From contig JBIJBE010000002.1 of the NCBI GenBank assembly GCA_044345405.1, forward strand, positions 107,600 to 171,599: a stretch of DNA of 64,000 bases. Direction: 5' to 3'. The notes under the pieces were generated by a model. The model ran no database searches. It had not been told where the DNA came from and was given only the letters and a program-made list of their open reading frames with translations. This stretch comes from Bdellovibrionota bacterium (GTDB lineage: Bacteria > Bdellovibrionota_C > UBA2361 > OMII01). The stretch's first letter is position 1. Each line of letters starts with the position of its first letter. Both the position numbers and the translations under genes were made by a program. Positions 29,426 to 39,698 of the stretch are shown here, piece by piece.

Positions 29426-30394
29426 CTACTTCTTAGCCGAGTAATCGCTTACCGCGCTCGAAATGGCGGCGACCACATCTGGGGTGAGCTTCACCGTGGC
29501 GGCCGCTAGGTTTTCCTGTAACTGATCAAGCTTACTCGCTCCAAGAATCACCGTACTTACATTTTGATTTCGCAAAATCCACGCGATGGAGAGCTGCGAC
29601 AAAGAACACCCAACCTCATCCGCGACCGTTCGCAACCGAGCAACGATCTCCCGCTCACGATCGTTCCATCGCTCACGGAGCCAGGCGTATCCCGGAAGGG
29701 AGGCTCTACTATCGGAAGGTTCGCCGGAGCTGTATTTCCCAGATAGGAGCCCCGATCGAAGCGGGCCCCACGTCGTGAGACCCAAACCGATCTCATCATA
29801 GAGACCGGCATACTCCTTCTCGACCCGTTCATGGACGAGCACGTTATATTGCGGCTGCTCCATCTGAGGGCGGTGAAGATCTCTGCGGTCGGCTATCTGC
29901 CACGCCTCCAGGATCTGCTCAGCGCTCCACTCAGAGGTTCCCCAATAGAGCGCCTTTCCCTGCGAGATGATATCACTCATCGCTCGAACGACCTCTTCCA
30001 TCGGCGTGTACGGATCGGGTCGGTGACAGAAGATGAGATCAACGTACTCAAGTTGCAACCGAGTAAGGGAGCCATCGATCGCTTGCATCAGGTACTTTCG
30101 ATTGAGGGTGTCTTTTTCGTTAGGCCCATCATGAAGCCCCCAGAAAAACTTCGTTGAGATCACGTACGAGGAGCGTCGCCAGCCCAACTTCTTGAGGGCG
30201 CGGCCCATCATAATCTCGGAATCCCCTCCCGCGTACACCTCCGCGTTATCGAAGAAGTTAACCCCACCTTCATAGGCGTGGCGCATCAGCTCGACAGCGT
30301 GCGATTCATCGAGCTGCCCCTTAAAGGTCACCCACGATCCGAACGAGAGCTCACTCACCTTCAATCCAGCCGAACCTAACCGTCGATATTCCAT
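29426..30394 (-). CDS. Aldo/keto reductase (Kv-beta-like)
   Basis: [33 protein letters not shown]. Confidence 0.92.
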   Translation of the reverse strand: MEYRRLGSAGLKVSELSFGSWVTFKGQLDESHAVELMRHAYEGGVNFFDNAEVYAGGDSEIMMGRALKKLGWRRSSYVISTKFFWGLHDGPNEKDTLNRKYLMQAIDGSLTRLQLEYVDLIFCHRPDPYTPMEEVVRAMSDIISQGKALYWGTSEWSAEQILEAWQIADRRDLHRPQMEQPQYNVLVHERVEKEYAGLYDEIGLGLTTWGPLRSGLLSGKYSSGEPSDSRASLPGYAWLRERWNDREREIVARLRTVADEVGCSLSQLSIAWILRNQNVSTVILGASKLDQLQENLAAATVKLTPDVVAAISSAVSDYSAKK

Positions 30395-30543
30395 AGGTAT
30401 CTCCCCGTGCCACCGATAGTGCAGGACCACCAGCCGGTTAGCCAGCCCAGATCCACCAGACCTTCCCCGTAGAGCACACCATCTACGTGTAACCCATAAC
30501 ACTCTCGGGGAAGCTCGCACATAGTACGAACAGGGGAGGTCTC

Positions 30544-30909
30544 ATGTCGCGCACCATAGTATCTAAACATGCACATCCATCGGGAGAAGCGGACCTCTCC
30601 AAAGAGGACCTTGGCCAACGACCAAATCCTGAGCAATCAAGAAGGGCATTTTACGCCGATTACCGCGAAGCGGTGAAGGAACTCCGAGCCGGCAAACCGG
30701 GGCGATTTATCGCCTATCAATCGGACCCTCGCATCAATCCTGGTCGTGAAAAGGCAACCCCCTCGAAGGGACCGGAATCCCCGCAAACCGCCGTCGATAT
30801 CATAAACGCGGAGCGAATCAACCTCGCCACGGATACCAAAGTATCCGTCATCTCACTCATGGCATCGATTAGGTCCCTCACGATGACCCTTAGCACTTTT
30901 TTCAAGTAA
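30544..30909 (+). CDS. Hypothetical protein
   Basis: GGAGG SD before ATG; 121 aa. Confidence 0.55.
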   Translation: MSRTIVSKHAHPSGEADLSKEDLGQRPNPEQSRRAFYADYREAVKELRAGKPGRFIAYQSDPRINPGREKATPSKGPESPQTAVDIINAERINLATDTKVSVISLMASIRSLTMTLSTFFK

Positions 30910-30972
30910 TGGCTTCTGGCCTTTCCTGCGGACGTACTATACGCTTTCGTACGAAACGACCTGAGCACGGTT

Positions 30973-32088
30973 ATGCGACCGATTATCACCCTCTTCGCCA
31001 TCATCAGTACCCTACTCACTTCACTAGCGACCACCACATCAGCGTGCGCCCAACCTCTCATGCGGTTATCGCGTGATATCAAACTCACGGGCAGGTCATC
31101 ACTGCCTGGCATCTTGGCGGTAACCATCGTTCGGAATACCGACCACGAGATCCGGTATATTGATCTTGAACAGCGCCGGGTGCTCGAATTCCCTGCACCC
31201 GTTTCAGATGTTGGATTTCCCGCATTCTCTCCAGACGGAAACGCCCTCACCTTCGTTGGAAAGACCCGGAAAGGAAACGAGATATTTACCTCCACATGGA
31301 GCGGAGCGGATGTTCGTCGCGTCACGTTCAACACGGTCAACGACGGTAATCCCTCCTTTTCCGTTGAGGGAGACTCGGTGATACACTTCTCCGAAGGGCG
31401 GCGCTATAAGAGCGAGATATTTTCGACCCTTCGAGACGCTCCCTATACTCGTGAGCAACTCACCTCCGTTGGGGGTGGAAACACAACGCCGAGTGAGAGC
31501 CCTGATAATCGATACCTTCTCTACACAACCGATAGATACGCCCCGGCGTGGAACATCTGCCTTATCGATCAAGCCACCAAGCGAGAGGTGTGTCCGCTCA
31601 AGGGAGGCAACACCTCCACCTGCAGAGCTCACTGGTCACCAGATGGAGCTCGGTTCGTGTACACCCGAGAGCGGGGCAGCTCAGTCGATCTGTATATCTA
31701 CACCGTCGCGACCGGAAACTCAGAGAAACTCACCAAACTTCCCCACAAAGAATACGACGCGGTGTGGTCACCCGACGGCAACTACATCGCGTTCGCTCAC
31801 GATCCGACGGGAACTCAGACCTACGAGGTAAAGGTGGTGCGCATGAGCGACAGAGCTATCATTCCGGTGGCAAAAGCATCATCCGCTTCTCTGAGGCACC
31901 TGTCGTGGGGGGAGACTCATCCGTACACAATCGCAAGGGACCTGTGTCCGAGCGATCCCAGCAAAACGAAACCTGGAAGCTGTGGGTGCGGTCAGATCGA
32001 TAGAGACACCGATAACGATACGGTGCCCGACTGTATCGACGGATGCCCGCTCAATCCTCGAAAACATCAAAGCCCCTCGTGTTCCTAG
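30973..32088 (+). CDS. TolB-like (PD40) beta-propeller secreted protein with C-terminal TSP3-like Cys/Asp motif
   Basis: FSPDG/WSPDG repeats; CPSDPSKTKPGSCGCG...DTDNDTVPDCIDGCP. Confidence 0.85.
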   Translation: MRPIITLFAIISTLLTSLATTTSACAQPLMRLSRDIKLTGRSSLPGILAVTIVRNTDHEIRYIDLEQRRVLEFPAPVSDVGFPAFSPDGNALTFVGKTRKGNEIFTSTWSGADVRRVTFNTVNDGNPSFSVEGDSVIHFSEGRRYKSEIFSTLRDAPYTREQLTSVGGGNTTPSESPDNRYLLYTTDRYAPAWNICLIDQATKREVCPLKGGNTSTCRAHWSPDGARFVYTRERGSSVDLYIYTVATGNSEKLTKLPHKEYDAVWSPDGNYIAFAHDPTGTQTYEVKVVRMSDRAIIPVAKASSASLRHLSWGETHPYTIARDLCPSDPSKTKPGSCGCGQIDRDTDNDTVPDCIDGCPLNPRKHQSPSCS

Positions 32089-32402
32089 GGTGAGGAGCGA
32101 TTTCGTATCCGGCTCGTGCGTCGCCGAATACCCCTACCCTCATCGTTTTCGATGTTTTCGTTATGAAATTCCACAAAGACGCGGCATCGGTTCTATGAAC
32201 AAAGAGAGCCCTCTCATCAAACAAACGCCATAAACTCGGCAGCTTAGAGGCTTGCACCTGTCTACCATCACCCCCCACCGCGCTAACCTAATCTACACCT
32301 TGGCTCACACACCGTTTCGGGCAATGCTAGGTCAAAGATCCCACAGTGAGCAGTTCAAGCCGTTCTCCCCCCACGCCCACAGAGGCAGAAAAAAGGAGCC
32401 AT

Positions 32403-32852
32403 ATGGTTAACGCAGCCCGTACCGGATCCCTACCATCCCTCTCCCCTGGCAACTCTGACCGGGTCTCTATCCTCATAGTCGATGACAACACGTGCGGTGC
32501 CCAAACGCTGAGCATGCTCCTCGATCTAGATGGGTATGAGGTGTCGATAGCGAACAGCGGCAAGGACGCCCTAGCGCGCTTTCCCGCGATCAAGCCATCG
32601 GTCATCCTTCTCGATATCGGCCTCCCAGACATGAGCGGCTACGATGTCGCGCGGGGAATCCGGGCGATGCCTGAGGGAGAGAAGGTAACGATCATGGCGG
32701 TGACGGGCTGGGGAAGCGAACGAGACCAAGCCCTCGCGCAAAGCGCGGGGTGCGATCTTCACATGACGAAGCCCGTCAACTTCGACCGCCTTGAGCGCCT
32801 CCTCAAGGGCGAAGAGGTCTTGGATGGCGTAACCAAACTATCGAGTAAGTAG
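32403..32852 (+). CDS. Single-domain response regulator
   Basis: [25 protein letters not shown]. Confidence 0.88.
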   Translation: MVNAARTGSLPSLSPGNSDRVSILIVDDNTCGAQTLSMLLDLDGYEVSIANSGKDALARFPAIKPSVILLDIGLPDMSGYDVARGIRAMPEGEKVTIMAVTGWGSERDQALAQSAGCDLHMTKPVNFDRLERLLKGEEVLDGVTKLSSK

Positions 32853-33314
32853 GACCACCGCGGTCGCCACGATCCCCTCCTCCCGACCGACGAAACCGAG
32901 CTTCTCGGTCGTCGTAGCCTTTACCGCGAGTTGGGTAGGCGAGCACCGGAGAGCACCGCTTAAGCGCTCTAGCATAGAGTTCACGTGCGGTTTGAGTTTT
33001 GGAGCTTCCGCGAGAACAGAGATGTCGGCGTTCACGAGTCGCCACCCTTCCTGATGCGCGATAGCCCAGACCTTCTCTAAGAGTACGATACTGTCGGCAT
33101 CCTTGAACGCTGCATCGGTATCGGGAAAGAGTGTGCCGATATCACGGCCCCCTATCGCGCCGAGAATGGCGTCCATCAAAGCATGGGTCAGCACATCGGC
33201 GTCCGAGTGACCGAGGAGACCCCTAACGTGGGGAATCTCGACTCCACCAAGCACACATCGTCGCCCCTCGGCGAAACGGTGCACATCAAAACCCTGACCA
33301 ATTCGCAGTTCCAT
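32838..33314 (-). CDS. ispF: 2-C-methyl-D-erythritol 2,4-cyclodiphosphate synthase
   Basis: [26 protein letters not shown]. Confidence 0.97.
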   Translation of the reverse strand: MELRIGQGFDVHRFAEGRRCVLGGVEIPHVRGLLGHSDADVLTHALMDAILGAIGGRDIGTLFPDTDAAFKDADSIVLLEKVWAIAHQEGWRLVNADISVLAEAPKLKPHVNSMLERLSGALRCSPTQLAVKATTTEKLGFVGREEGIVATAVVLLTR

Positions 33315-33319
33315 GTCGA

Positions 33320-34027
33320 TTATCCTAGTTGAGAGATACGAGTTGCTATCGTGAGGTCTCCGGGATGGGTCACCTTAATGTTGAGCCGATCCCCCTCGAC
33401 CACCCGAACATCACGAATACGAGCTACCACACTGGCGTCATCGAGCGCCACAAATCCATCGGTATGAGCGGCGAAATGGGCCCCGCGCAACTCTCCGAGA
33501 AGAAACCCTTGCGGTGTTTGAACCGCCCACACGTTCTCGCGATCTATGACGGACGAAACCGCGCCGTCCGAGACCTTACACAGCGAATCGGGGACCGGAA
33601 CAGCGGCCGTAACGGCGCCGAAACGAGCAACTCCTTCAACGACTCTTCGAACAACATCGACGGTAACACAACAGCGAGCCGCGTCATGAATGAGCACACA
33701 CTCACGCGCCTCATCACCCCCTTCAGCGCGCATCCGCTCCGCGAGCGCCTCAACGCCTAGCCGAACAGACTCCTGTCGCGTAGCCCCACCGTGCACAAGG
33801 AGCACCTTCTCCTCGCCTCCGACCTCTTGGGCGAAGTCAGCCTCCCAAGCTGGGGGAACGCACACAACGATCCGCGTACAGAGCGGGTCGTTGATGAAAA
33901 CACAGAGCGTACGAGAGATGATAGACGAGGAAGAAGAGGAATCTGGGATCCTCAACAACACCTTCGGAACATCGGCTCCCATCCGGCTTCCACTACCGGC
34001 AGCGGGGATGATCACCGAGTACTTCAT
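33320..34027 (-). CDS. ispD: 2-C-methyl-D-erythritol 4-phosphate cytidylyltransferase
   Basis: [35 protein letters not shown]. Confidence 0.95.
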   Translation of the reverse strand: MKYSVIIPAAGSGSRMGADVPKVLLRIPDSSSSSSIISRTLCVFINDPLCTRIVVCVPPAWEADFAQEVGGEEKVLLVHGGATRQESVRLGVEALAERMRAEGGDEARECVLIHDAARCCVTVDVVRRVVEGVARFGAVTAAVPVPDSLCKVSDGAVSSVIDRENVWAVQTPQGFLLGELRGAHFAAHTDGFVALDDASVVARIRDVRVVEGDRLNIKVTHPGDLTIATRISQLG

Positions 34028-34030
34028 GAG

Positions 34031-35008
34031 TTACACAAAGAGGGACTTGAGCTCTACCGCTACCTTGTCGTGAGGTCGAGCCTTCGCGATAGCGATCTCG
34101 GACACCAAGAGCGCCTCAGCCATATCGAGCATCTTTTTCTCACCGAACGAGAGCTCTTTGTCCGCGCTCAATACCGAGAGGTCGCGAAGAACGATCGCGA
34201 TCTCGAACACCGAACCGGTTTTGATCTTCTGTGAATACTCTCGGAACCGACGGTTCCAGGTCTGCGTATCGATCTTGAAGTTTCGATCCTTAAGGATGTC
34301 ATACACCGTGTCGATCGCTTTCTTGTCGATGATGCGACGAAGACCAACAGAGGCGGCTTGGCTCACGGGAACCATTACCTTCATCCCGCTATCGAGGATC
34401 TTGATGTTGTAAATGTGGTGCTCCTGACCACCAAGCACGTGAGTTCGAACACCCTCGATCTCACCAACGCCGTGTCCTGGGTAGACTATTTTGTCTCCCA
34501 TCTTAAAGTTAATAGCCTCAACCGGCTTCACCGTCTCAGCGAGCTTCTCAACGGGCTGCCGAACAGCAAGCACAGGCTTAGCCGCGACGGTCTTCTCAGC
34601 CACCACGGAATCCGAACCAAAACGAGCGGTGATAACGTTACTAGACGAGGAAACACCTTCGGAACGGGTGATCTTAGAAACGGGCACCTTGCTCCCAGTC
34701 TTAGACACCAACTTCAACTTAGATCGCTGTGTTTTAAGCTTAACAACCTCAGCGCTCTTCACGAGGCTCGATTTCGAGATACGCTCAGCGAGCGACACCT
34801 TCTCAGCGGTAGCCGTTAGCTTCTCTTTCACACTTTTTTGGGATGAGGGTGAGACAACAGAAACACTCTTACGAACGGGCTTCTTTTGCAGCTTCCCGGC
34901 TTGAGAAGTCTTGGCGGCTTTTACACCGGAAGACTTGACCTTCAATGCTTGTGACTTAGGTCCAGTGTTCTTAGTTTTCAAAGTGTCTCCCCTCCCTTGG
35001 GACGGCAT
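34031..35008 (-). CDS. carD: CarD/CdnL family transcription factor with long basic N-terminal extension
   Basis: FKMGDKIVYPGHGVG, QTWNRRFRE, LSFGEKKML; carD-ispD-ispF order. Confidence 0.9.
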   Translation of the reverse strand: MPSQGRGDTLKTKNTGPKSQALKVKSSGVKAAKTSQAGKLQKKPVRKSVSVVSPSSQKSVKEKLTATAEKVSLAERISKSSLVKSAEVVKLKTQRSKLKLVSKTGSKVPVSKITRSEGVSSSSNVITARFGSDSVVAEKTVAAKPVLAVRQPVEKLAETVKPVEAINFKMGDKIVYPGHGVGEIEGVRTHVLGGQEHHIYNIKILDSGMKVMVPVSQAASVGLRRIIDKKAIDTVYDILKDRNFKIDTQTWNRRFREYSQKIKTGSVFEIAIVLRDLSVLSADKELSFGEKKMLDMAEALLVSEIAIAKARPHDKVAVELKSLFV

Positions 35009-35335
35009 CTCGCTTCCACTCGATGCCTATTTCCAATTAACCGCTTGTGTGCGAGGTTCCAATTGGAACCGATGCGCGAAACCACAAACAGCACGTGTAG
35101 CGCTAACCCCTGTCCACTTCCTTACCACTCCACTTGTTGGGACACGTACCCTTGCGGGAGGCATCTCTAGGGGGATCTTTAAGGGAATCGAGGCGCTGTG
35201 TAAGCCGAGCTACAACAACGGGACAACCTCACCTAAAACCGCTTTCGCTTGCAGGAGTCTACCCTATGTGCCCCCTCTAGGTCAAACTTGGCCTCAGAGC
35301 CGCGACGTCATGAAAAGGTGAGTTTTTAGCGCTTT

Positions 35336-36421
35336 TTAGGCCACCTGGCGCCTCTCAAGCCACTCGGCGGCAGCTTCCTGAAGGCTTCGACACCCATGGG
35401 CATCCATAAAGGAGATAAGCCCCTGGTTTATGGAAGTAACGATGCCCGGGCCCTCATAAACGAGCCCCGTATAGAGCTGTACCATCGAGGCCCCGGCGGC
35501 AAGCATCGCGAGCACATCATCGCTCGTACTGATACCACCCACCCCGATTAGAACCATCCGGCCGGCGATCTGCTGCCCGAGGAATCGCACTACATTAAGG
35601 CTCTTCTCTCTCAGCGGCGCACCAGAGAGCCCTCCACTCTCGTCGATACGAGACGAGAGCGAGTCACGACTAATCGTCGTGTTCGTCGCGATAATACCCG
35701 CGACCGAGCACTGAACACACACATCAACGACCTCCTCAAGGGCGCTCAACTCAAGATCGGGCGCCACCTTGACGAAGATCGGGCGGCGGTGAGTGTTCGC
35801 CGAGTTCAACGACTGAAGGAGCGCCGTCAAGCGGTCACGCTCTTGAAGCTGTCGCAACCCTTGAGTGTTGGGCGAAGATACGTTTACCGTCACATACTCG
35901 GCGAGCGGCGCCAATCGCTCGAAGGAGTAGCGATAATCGTCGATCGCTTGATCGAGCTCGACCACCTTCGATTTTCCGATATTAATTCCGATCGGGGGAA
36001 GCTCCTTAAATCTTCGCCGGACCGCTTTTAAGCGCTCTTGCGCGTGGTCCGCTCCCTCAGACGGAAAGCCCATCCGATTTATCAGCGCCTTCTCCTCCGG
36101 GATGCGAAATATGCGTGGCTTTTGATTACCAGGCTGCGGCTGCCCCGTGATCGTACCTAACTCGAGATGACCGAAACCAAGCCCCGCGCACAAACCAACG
36201 AGCTCAACGTTTTTGTCGAGCCCCGCCGCCAGCCCAACAGGATTCGGGAAAGAGAGCCCCGCTACCGTAACGCGCAAACGCGGATCCATGACCCCGTAGC
36301 AACGCGTTAACGCTCCACAGAGGATGGGATTGTTCGCGAATCGAGCCCCGAACCGCATGAGGTCGTGCGCTTTTTCCGGATCCATTGAAAAGAAGAGCGG
36401 TTTCAGAAGGGTCTTGTACAT
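35336..36421 (-). CDS. pyrD: Quinone-dependent dihydroorotate dehydrogenase
   Basis: GLAAGLDKN, INRMGF, NVSSPNT, GGLSGAP. Confidence 0.96.
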   Translation of the reverse strand: MYKTLLKPLFFSMDPEKAHDLMRFGARFANNPILCGALTRCYGVMDPRLRVTVAGLSFPNPVGLAAGLDKNVELVGLCAGLGFGHLELGTITGQPQPGNQKPRIFRIPEEKALINRMGFPSEGADHAQERLKAVRRRFKELPPIGINIGKSKVVELDQAIDDYRYSFERLAPLAEYVTVNVSSPNTQGLRQLQERDRLTALLQSLNSANTHRRPIFVKVAPDLELSALEEVVDVCVQCSVAGIIATNTTISRDSLSSRIDESGGLSGAPLREKSLNVVRFLGQQIAGRMVLIGVGGISTSDDVLAMLAAGASMVQLYTGLVYEGPGIVTSINQGLISFMDAHGCRSLQEAAAEWLERRQVA

Positions 36422-36445
36422 ACAATTCCTACTTTGCGGGGCGGC

Positions 36446-36949
36446 TCACGCGCGTTCCTCACGCTTCATCGTGAGAGCGTCCTCTCCGTTATCGGAATAG
36501 TAGTTTCTACGGAGTCCTACAACAGAAAACCCGCAGGACTCGTACAACTTTCGCGCCGGGATGTTACGAGCCCGAACATCGAGGGTAATGCTCACAACCC
36601 TCTCAACACTACATGCCCGCAGGAACTCATTCAGGAGAACCCTACCTCCACCCTTGCCCCGCCACTCAGGAGCGAGCCCAAGGGAGACGATATGAGCCTC
36701 GTCGCACACGACATGAGCGATCAGATACCCTACAAGCTCCTCGCCCGCGAAGAGCCCTCGCACGCGACTTGAGCGGCTTGAGAGCTCCTTCTCGAAGAGC
36801 TGAACCGACCACGATTTGGGATTCCAATTGGCGTCGATCTCCACCAATCGACCGAGCCACAAATGCGAAACCGGCGCCACATGGAAGTCCATGTCGGCGC
36901 CGGTTTCACCGTTAGCCTCGCCCGGTTTTTTTGATTCCGGGTTCGCCAT
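36446..36949 (-). CDS. rimI: Ribosomal protein S18-alanine N-acetyltransferase
   Basis: TLDVRARN, LYESCGF, RRNYY, EDALTM. Confidence 0.85.
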   Translation of the reverse strand: MANPESKKPGEANGETGADMDFHVAPVSHLWLGRLVEIDANWNPKSWSVQLFEKELSSRSSRVRGLFAGEELVGYLIAHVVCDEAHIVSLGLAPEWRGKGGGRVLLNEFLRACSVERVVSITLDVRARNIPARKLYESCGFSVVGLRRNYYSDNGEDALTMKREERA

Positions 36950-36959
36950 ACCGTTCCGA

Positions 36960-37310
36960 TTACAGAGCGGCCTTAGCCTTCTCAGCTACAACCGCGAAAG
37001 AAGCGGGGTCAGAGAAAGCGATCTCAGCGAGAACCTTACGGTCAAGCTGAATCTTCGCTTTTGCGAGTCCTTGAATGAACTTGCTGTAGGAGAGTCCGTT
37101 CAAGCGAGCTGCCGCGTTGATACGAACGATCCAGAGACCACGGAAATCACGCTTTTTAGCGCGACGATCGCGGTAGGAGAACTGAAGAGCCTTCTCTACA
37201 GCGCGCTTCGCAAGCTTGAAACATCCGTTACGACGTCCACGATATCCTTCCGCTAATTTGAGACGACGCTTGTGACGTGCACGTCCTGCGGTTCCTCGTT
37301 TAACTCTCAT
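36960..37310 (-). CDS. rplT: 50S ribosomal protein L20
   Basis: MRVKRG, YRDRR...[14 protein letters not shown]. Confidence 0.98.
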   Translation of the reverse strand: MRVKRGTAGRARHKRRLKLAEGYRGRRNGCFKLAKRAVEKALQFSYRDRRAKKRDFRGLWIVRINAAARLNGLSYSKFIQGLAKAKIQLDRKVLAEIAFSDPASFAVVAEKAKAAL

Positions 37311-37334
37311 AGGTACCTCTTATCAAAAAATCAC

Positions 37335-37532
37335 TTATGCGTATGGAAGCATCCGCTTGATGTTGCGAGCGTCCTTCTGATCAACCAGTGCGTTCTTCAC
37401 CAAGTTTCTGCGACGCTTCGGGCTCTTCTTAGCTGTATTGTGGCTGTGGTACGCCTTACCGCGCTTTACCTTCCCGTTCTTGTTAACGGAGAACTTCTTA
37501 CTAGCAGTTCTGTTTGTTTTTATCTTTGGCAT
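37335..37532 (-). CDS. rpmI: 50S ribosomal protein L35
   Basis: MPKIKTNR...MLPYA. Confidence 0.97.
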   Translation of the reverse strand: MPKIKTNRTASKKFSVNKNGKVKRGKAYHSHNTAKKSPKRRRNLVKNALVDQKDARNIKRMLPYA

Positions 37533-37730
37533 AAAGACCTTAACTACACCGACCCGTAACCAATACGGGCCCCATTACCTACACTTTCCCCGTCCCGATA
37601 TCAAGAGGGGCACCCCCCTAAGCCGGCACAATAATGCGTAATGGTGGCGAATTTCTCACGCACCAACCGCCCTCCCATAACGAGGAGAGCCTCCCACTTC
37701 TTTAGTAACAAAGGGGGCTTAGGACAACTA

Positions 37731-37807
37731 TGGTAGGCGCACACAGAGTCGAACTGTGGACCTCTTGCTTGTCGAGCAAGCGCTCTAACCAACTGAGCTA
37801 TGCGCCT
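37731..37807 (-). tRNA. tRNA-Val, anticodon GAC
   Basis: AGGCGCATAGCTCAGTTGGTTAGAGCG-CTTGC TCGACAA GCAAG-AGGTCCACAGTTCGACTCTGTGTGCGCCTACCA. Confidence 0.92.
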
Positions 37808-37859
37808 ATAAGCAGGTGCGGAGTATAGTCTGAAGAGCCAGCTTGATTCAAGGCCTCAA

Positions 37860-39305
37860 CTACGAAGCTTTCACCTGATCAGGCTTAAAAACCCCGAATG
37901 TTTTCAGGAGTTCGTACGCTCGCTGGAACTGATTGTCCTTCTTCCCCCACTCGCCGATATCCTCCTTCTCCGGATCTATCGAGGTAAGGTCAGGGCGAAT
38001 AGCCGTGGTCTTGTTAATCTTCTGGAGCGCTCCTCCATCTTGCGCCGGAGCGTCACCGGTCGATGGATTGCGGATAGCGCCGGGAATATCTTCCTCTCGG
38101 ATCTCACCGATCGGAGAGCGAACACCTTGCAGCTGGTCGTTTCCATTCGAAATCGCCTCAACCTCCACGTCTGGCTTCACGCCACGCGCTTGAATCGAAT
38201 TTCCGCTCTTTGTGTAGTAGAGCGCCGTGGTCAACGCCAACGCCCCGCCGTTCTCAAGTGGGGTAATCGTTTGCACGGAGCCCTTTCCGAAGGTCTGCGT
38301 GCCAACGATAAGAGCGCGCCCGTGATCCTTGAGTGCTCCCGCGATGATCTCCGAAGCGGAAGCCGAGCCACCGTTCACAAGCACCACGATCGGGTAATCA
38401 GGCTCGGTCCCGCGGCTATGCGCGAAGAACTTCTGCTTCTGGGCGTCAACGCGACCATCGGTGTACACAATTACCCCCTCTTTGAGGAACATGTCACCGA
38501 TACGAACCGCTTGAGCCAACAAGCCGCCAGGATTGTTACGGAGGTCGAGAATGAGGCCACGGAGCTCCTCGCCGTTATTGTCCTTCACCATCTGATCGAG
38601 GGAGGCCTTGAGATCGTCAGCGGTGTGCTCCATGAACTGACTCACCCGAACGTACGCGAGACCATCTCCGAGGTATCGAGAGCGAACGCTCTTAACCTCG
38701 ATATTGTCTCGAATAATCGTAACATCAATGAGGTCTGGAATTCCCTTACGGCTGAGCGAGATCTGAATCGGGCTACCTTTCGGGCCACGCAAACGCTTCA
38801 CCGCGTCAACGAGCGAGAGCTCCTTGGTGAACTTACCATCAATCTTAACGATGATGTCACCTGGGCGAACTCCAACCTTCTCGGCAGGAGATCCCTCCAT
38901 CGGCGCGACCACAACCAGCAGTCCATCCTTAATCGTAATCTCGATACCGAGACCACCGAACTCACCTTTGGTCTGTACTTGAAGATCTTGGTAGAAATCT
39001 GGATCGAGGTATCCGCTGTGAGGATCAAGGGTCGTAAGCATGCCTTTAATGGCGCCCTCTACGAGTTTCTTGTTTTCAACGTCGCTGACGTAGTCGCGCT
39101 TCACAACCGAGAGAACATCGGTGAAGACCTTGAGCTCTTCGAAGAGATTCGAGCCAGCGCGCTCTTTAGCGGAAACGGTTGGAAGTTGACGGCCGGTAAA
39201 GACAAGGGCAACACCGAAGAGAACGCACACACTAGTGAGAACTTTTTCACGAGCCGAAAAACCGGAACGCACCTTCTCTCCTGATCCCTTAAAAATTCCG
39301 CGCAT
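37860..39305 (-). CDS. ctpA: Carboxyl-terminal processing protease (S41, PDZ)
   Basis: LDPHS, GGLGIEI, DLRNNPGG, SASASEI, TFGKGSVQ; start uncertain. Confidence 0.93.
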   Translation of the reverse strand: MRGIFKGSGEKVRSGFSAREKVLTSVCVLFGVALVFTGRQLPTVSAKERAGSNLFEELKVFTDVLSVVKRDYVSDVENKKLVEGAIKGMLTTLDPHSGYLDPDFYQDLQVQTKGEFGGLGIEITIKDGLLVVVAPMEGSPAEKVGVRPGDIIVKIDGKFTKELSLVDAVKRLRGPKGSPIQISLSRKGIPDLIDVTIIRDNIEVKSVRSRYLGDGLAYVRVSQFMEHTADDLKASLDQMVKDNNGEELRGLILDLRNNPGGLLAQAVRIGDMFLKEGVIVYTDGRVDAQKQKFFAHSRGTEPDYPIVVLVNGGSASASEIIAGALKDHGRALIVGTQTFGKGSVQTITPLENGGALALTTALYYTKSGNSIQARGVKPDVEVEAISNGNDQLQGVRSPIGEIREEDIPGAIRNPSTGDAPAQDGGALQKINKTTAIRPDLTSIDPEKEDIGEWGKKDNQFQRAYELLKTFGVFKPDQVKAS

Positions 39306-39698
39306 CGTTATCGCTTTCCACCCCAACAAACACTGCACACGCAAAAAAACACCTAAGTCCGTAAAGGTACGATGCGCGTAAAGAGCATCGCGAACCACCT
39401 CATGACGCGACGTGCGTAAAAATGTTTCAACGACGAAAAGCTACAAAGAAGGCTCCCGAAGAACTTCCTTCGATGACTTCCTCTACAGTACTCGAAAGAT
39501 CAGCCCCCCACAAGGAGACTCTGCTAAATTATCGTGAAAATACAGTAAGGTAAGGGGCATGTTGGAGCGACGTCGGTGCACCGGACAGAGACTGTGACGC
39601 CGAGTGGTTGTCACACACCACCCGAGCGCTCCAACTTTTCTTCTTGCCTCACTGCTAATCTCGGCTACGCTCCTCCCCGAAAGATTGGAGGAACCATC

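Noticed and set aside
38040-39284. 414-aa + strand ORF
   Set aside because: Antisense shadow of ctpA.
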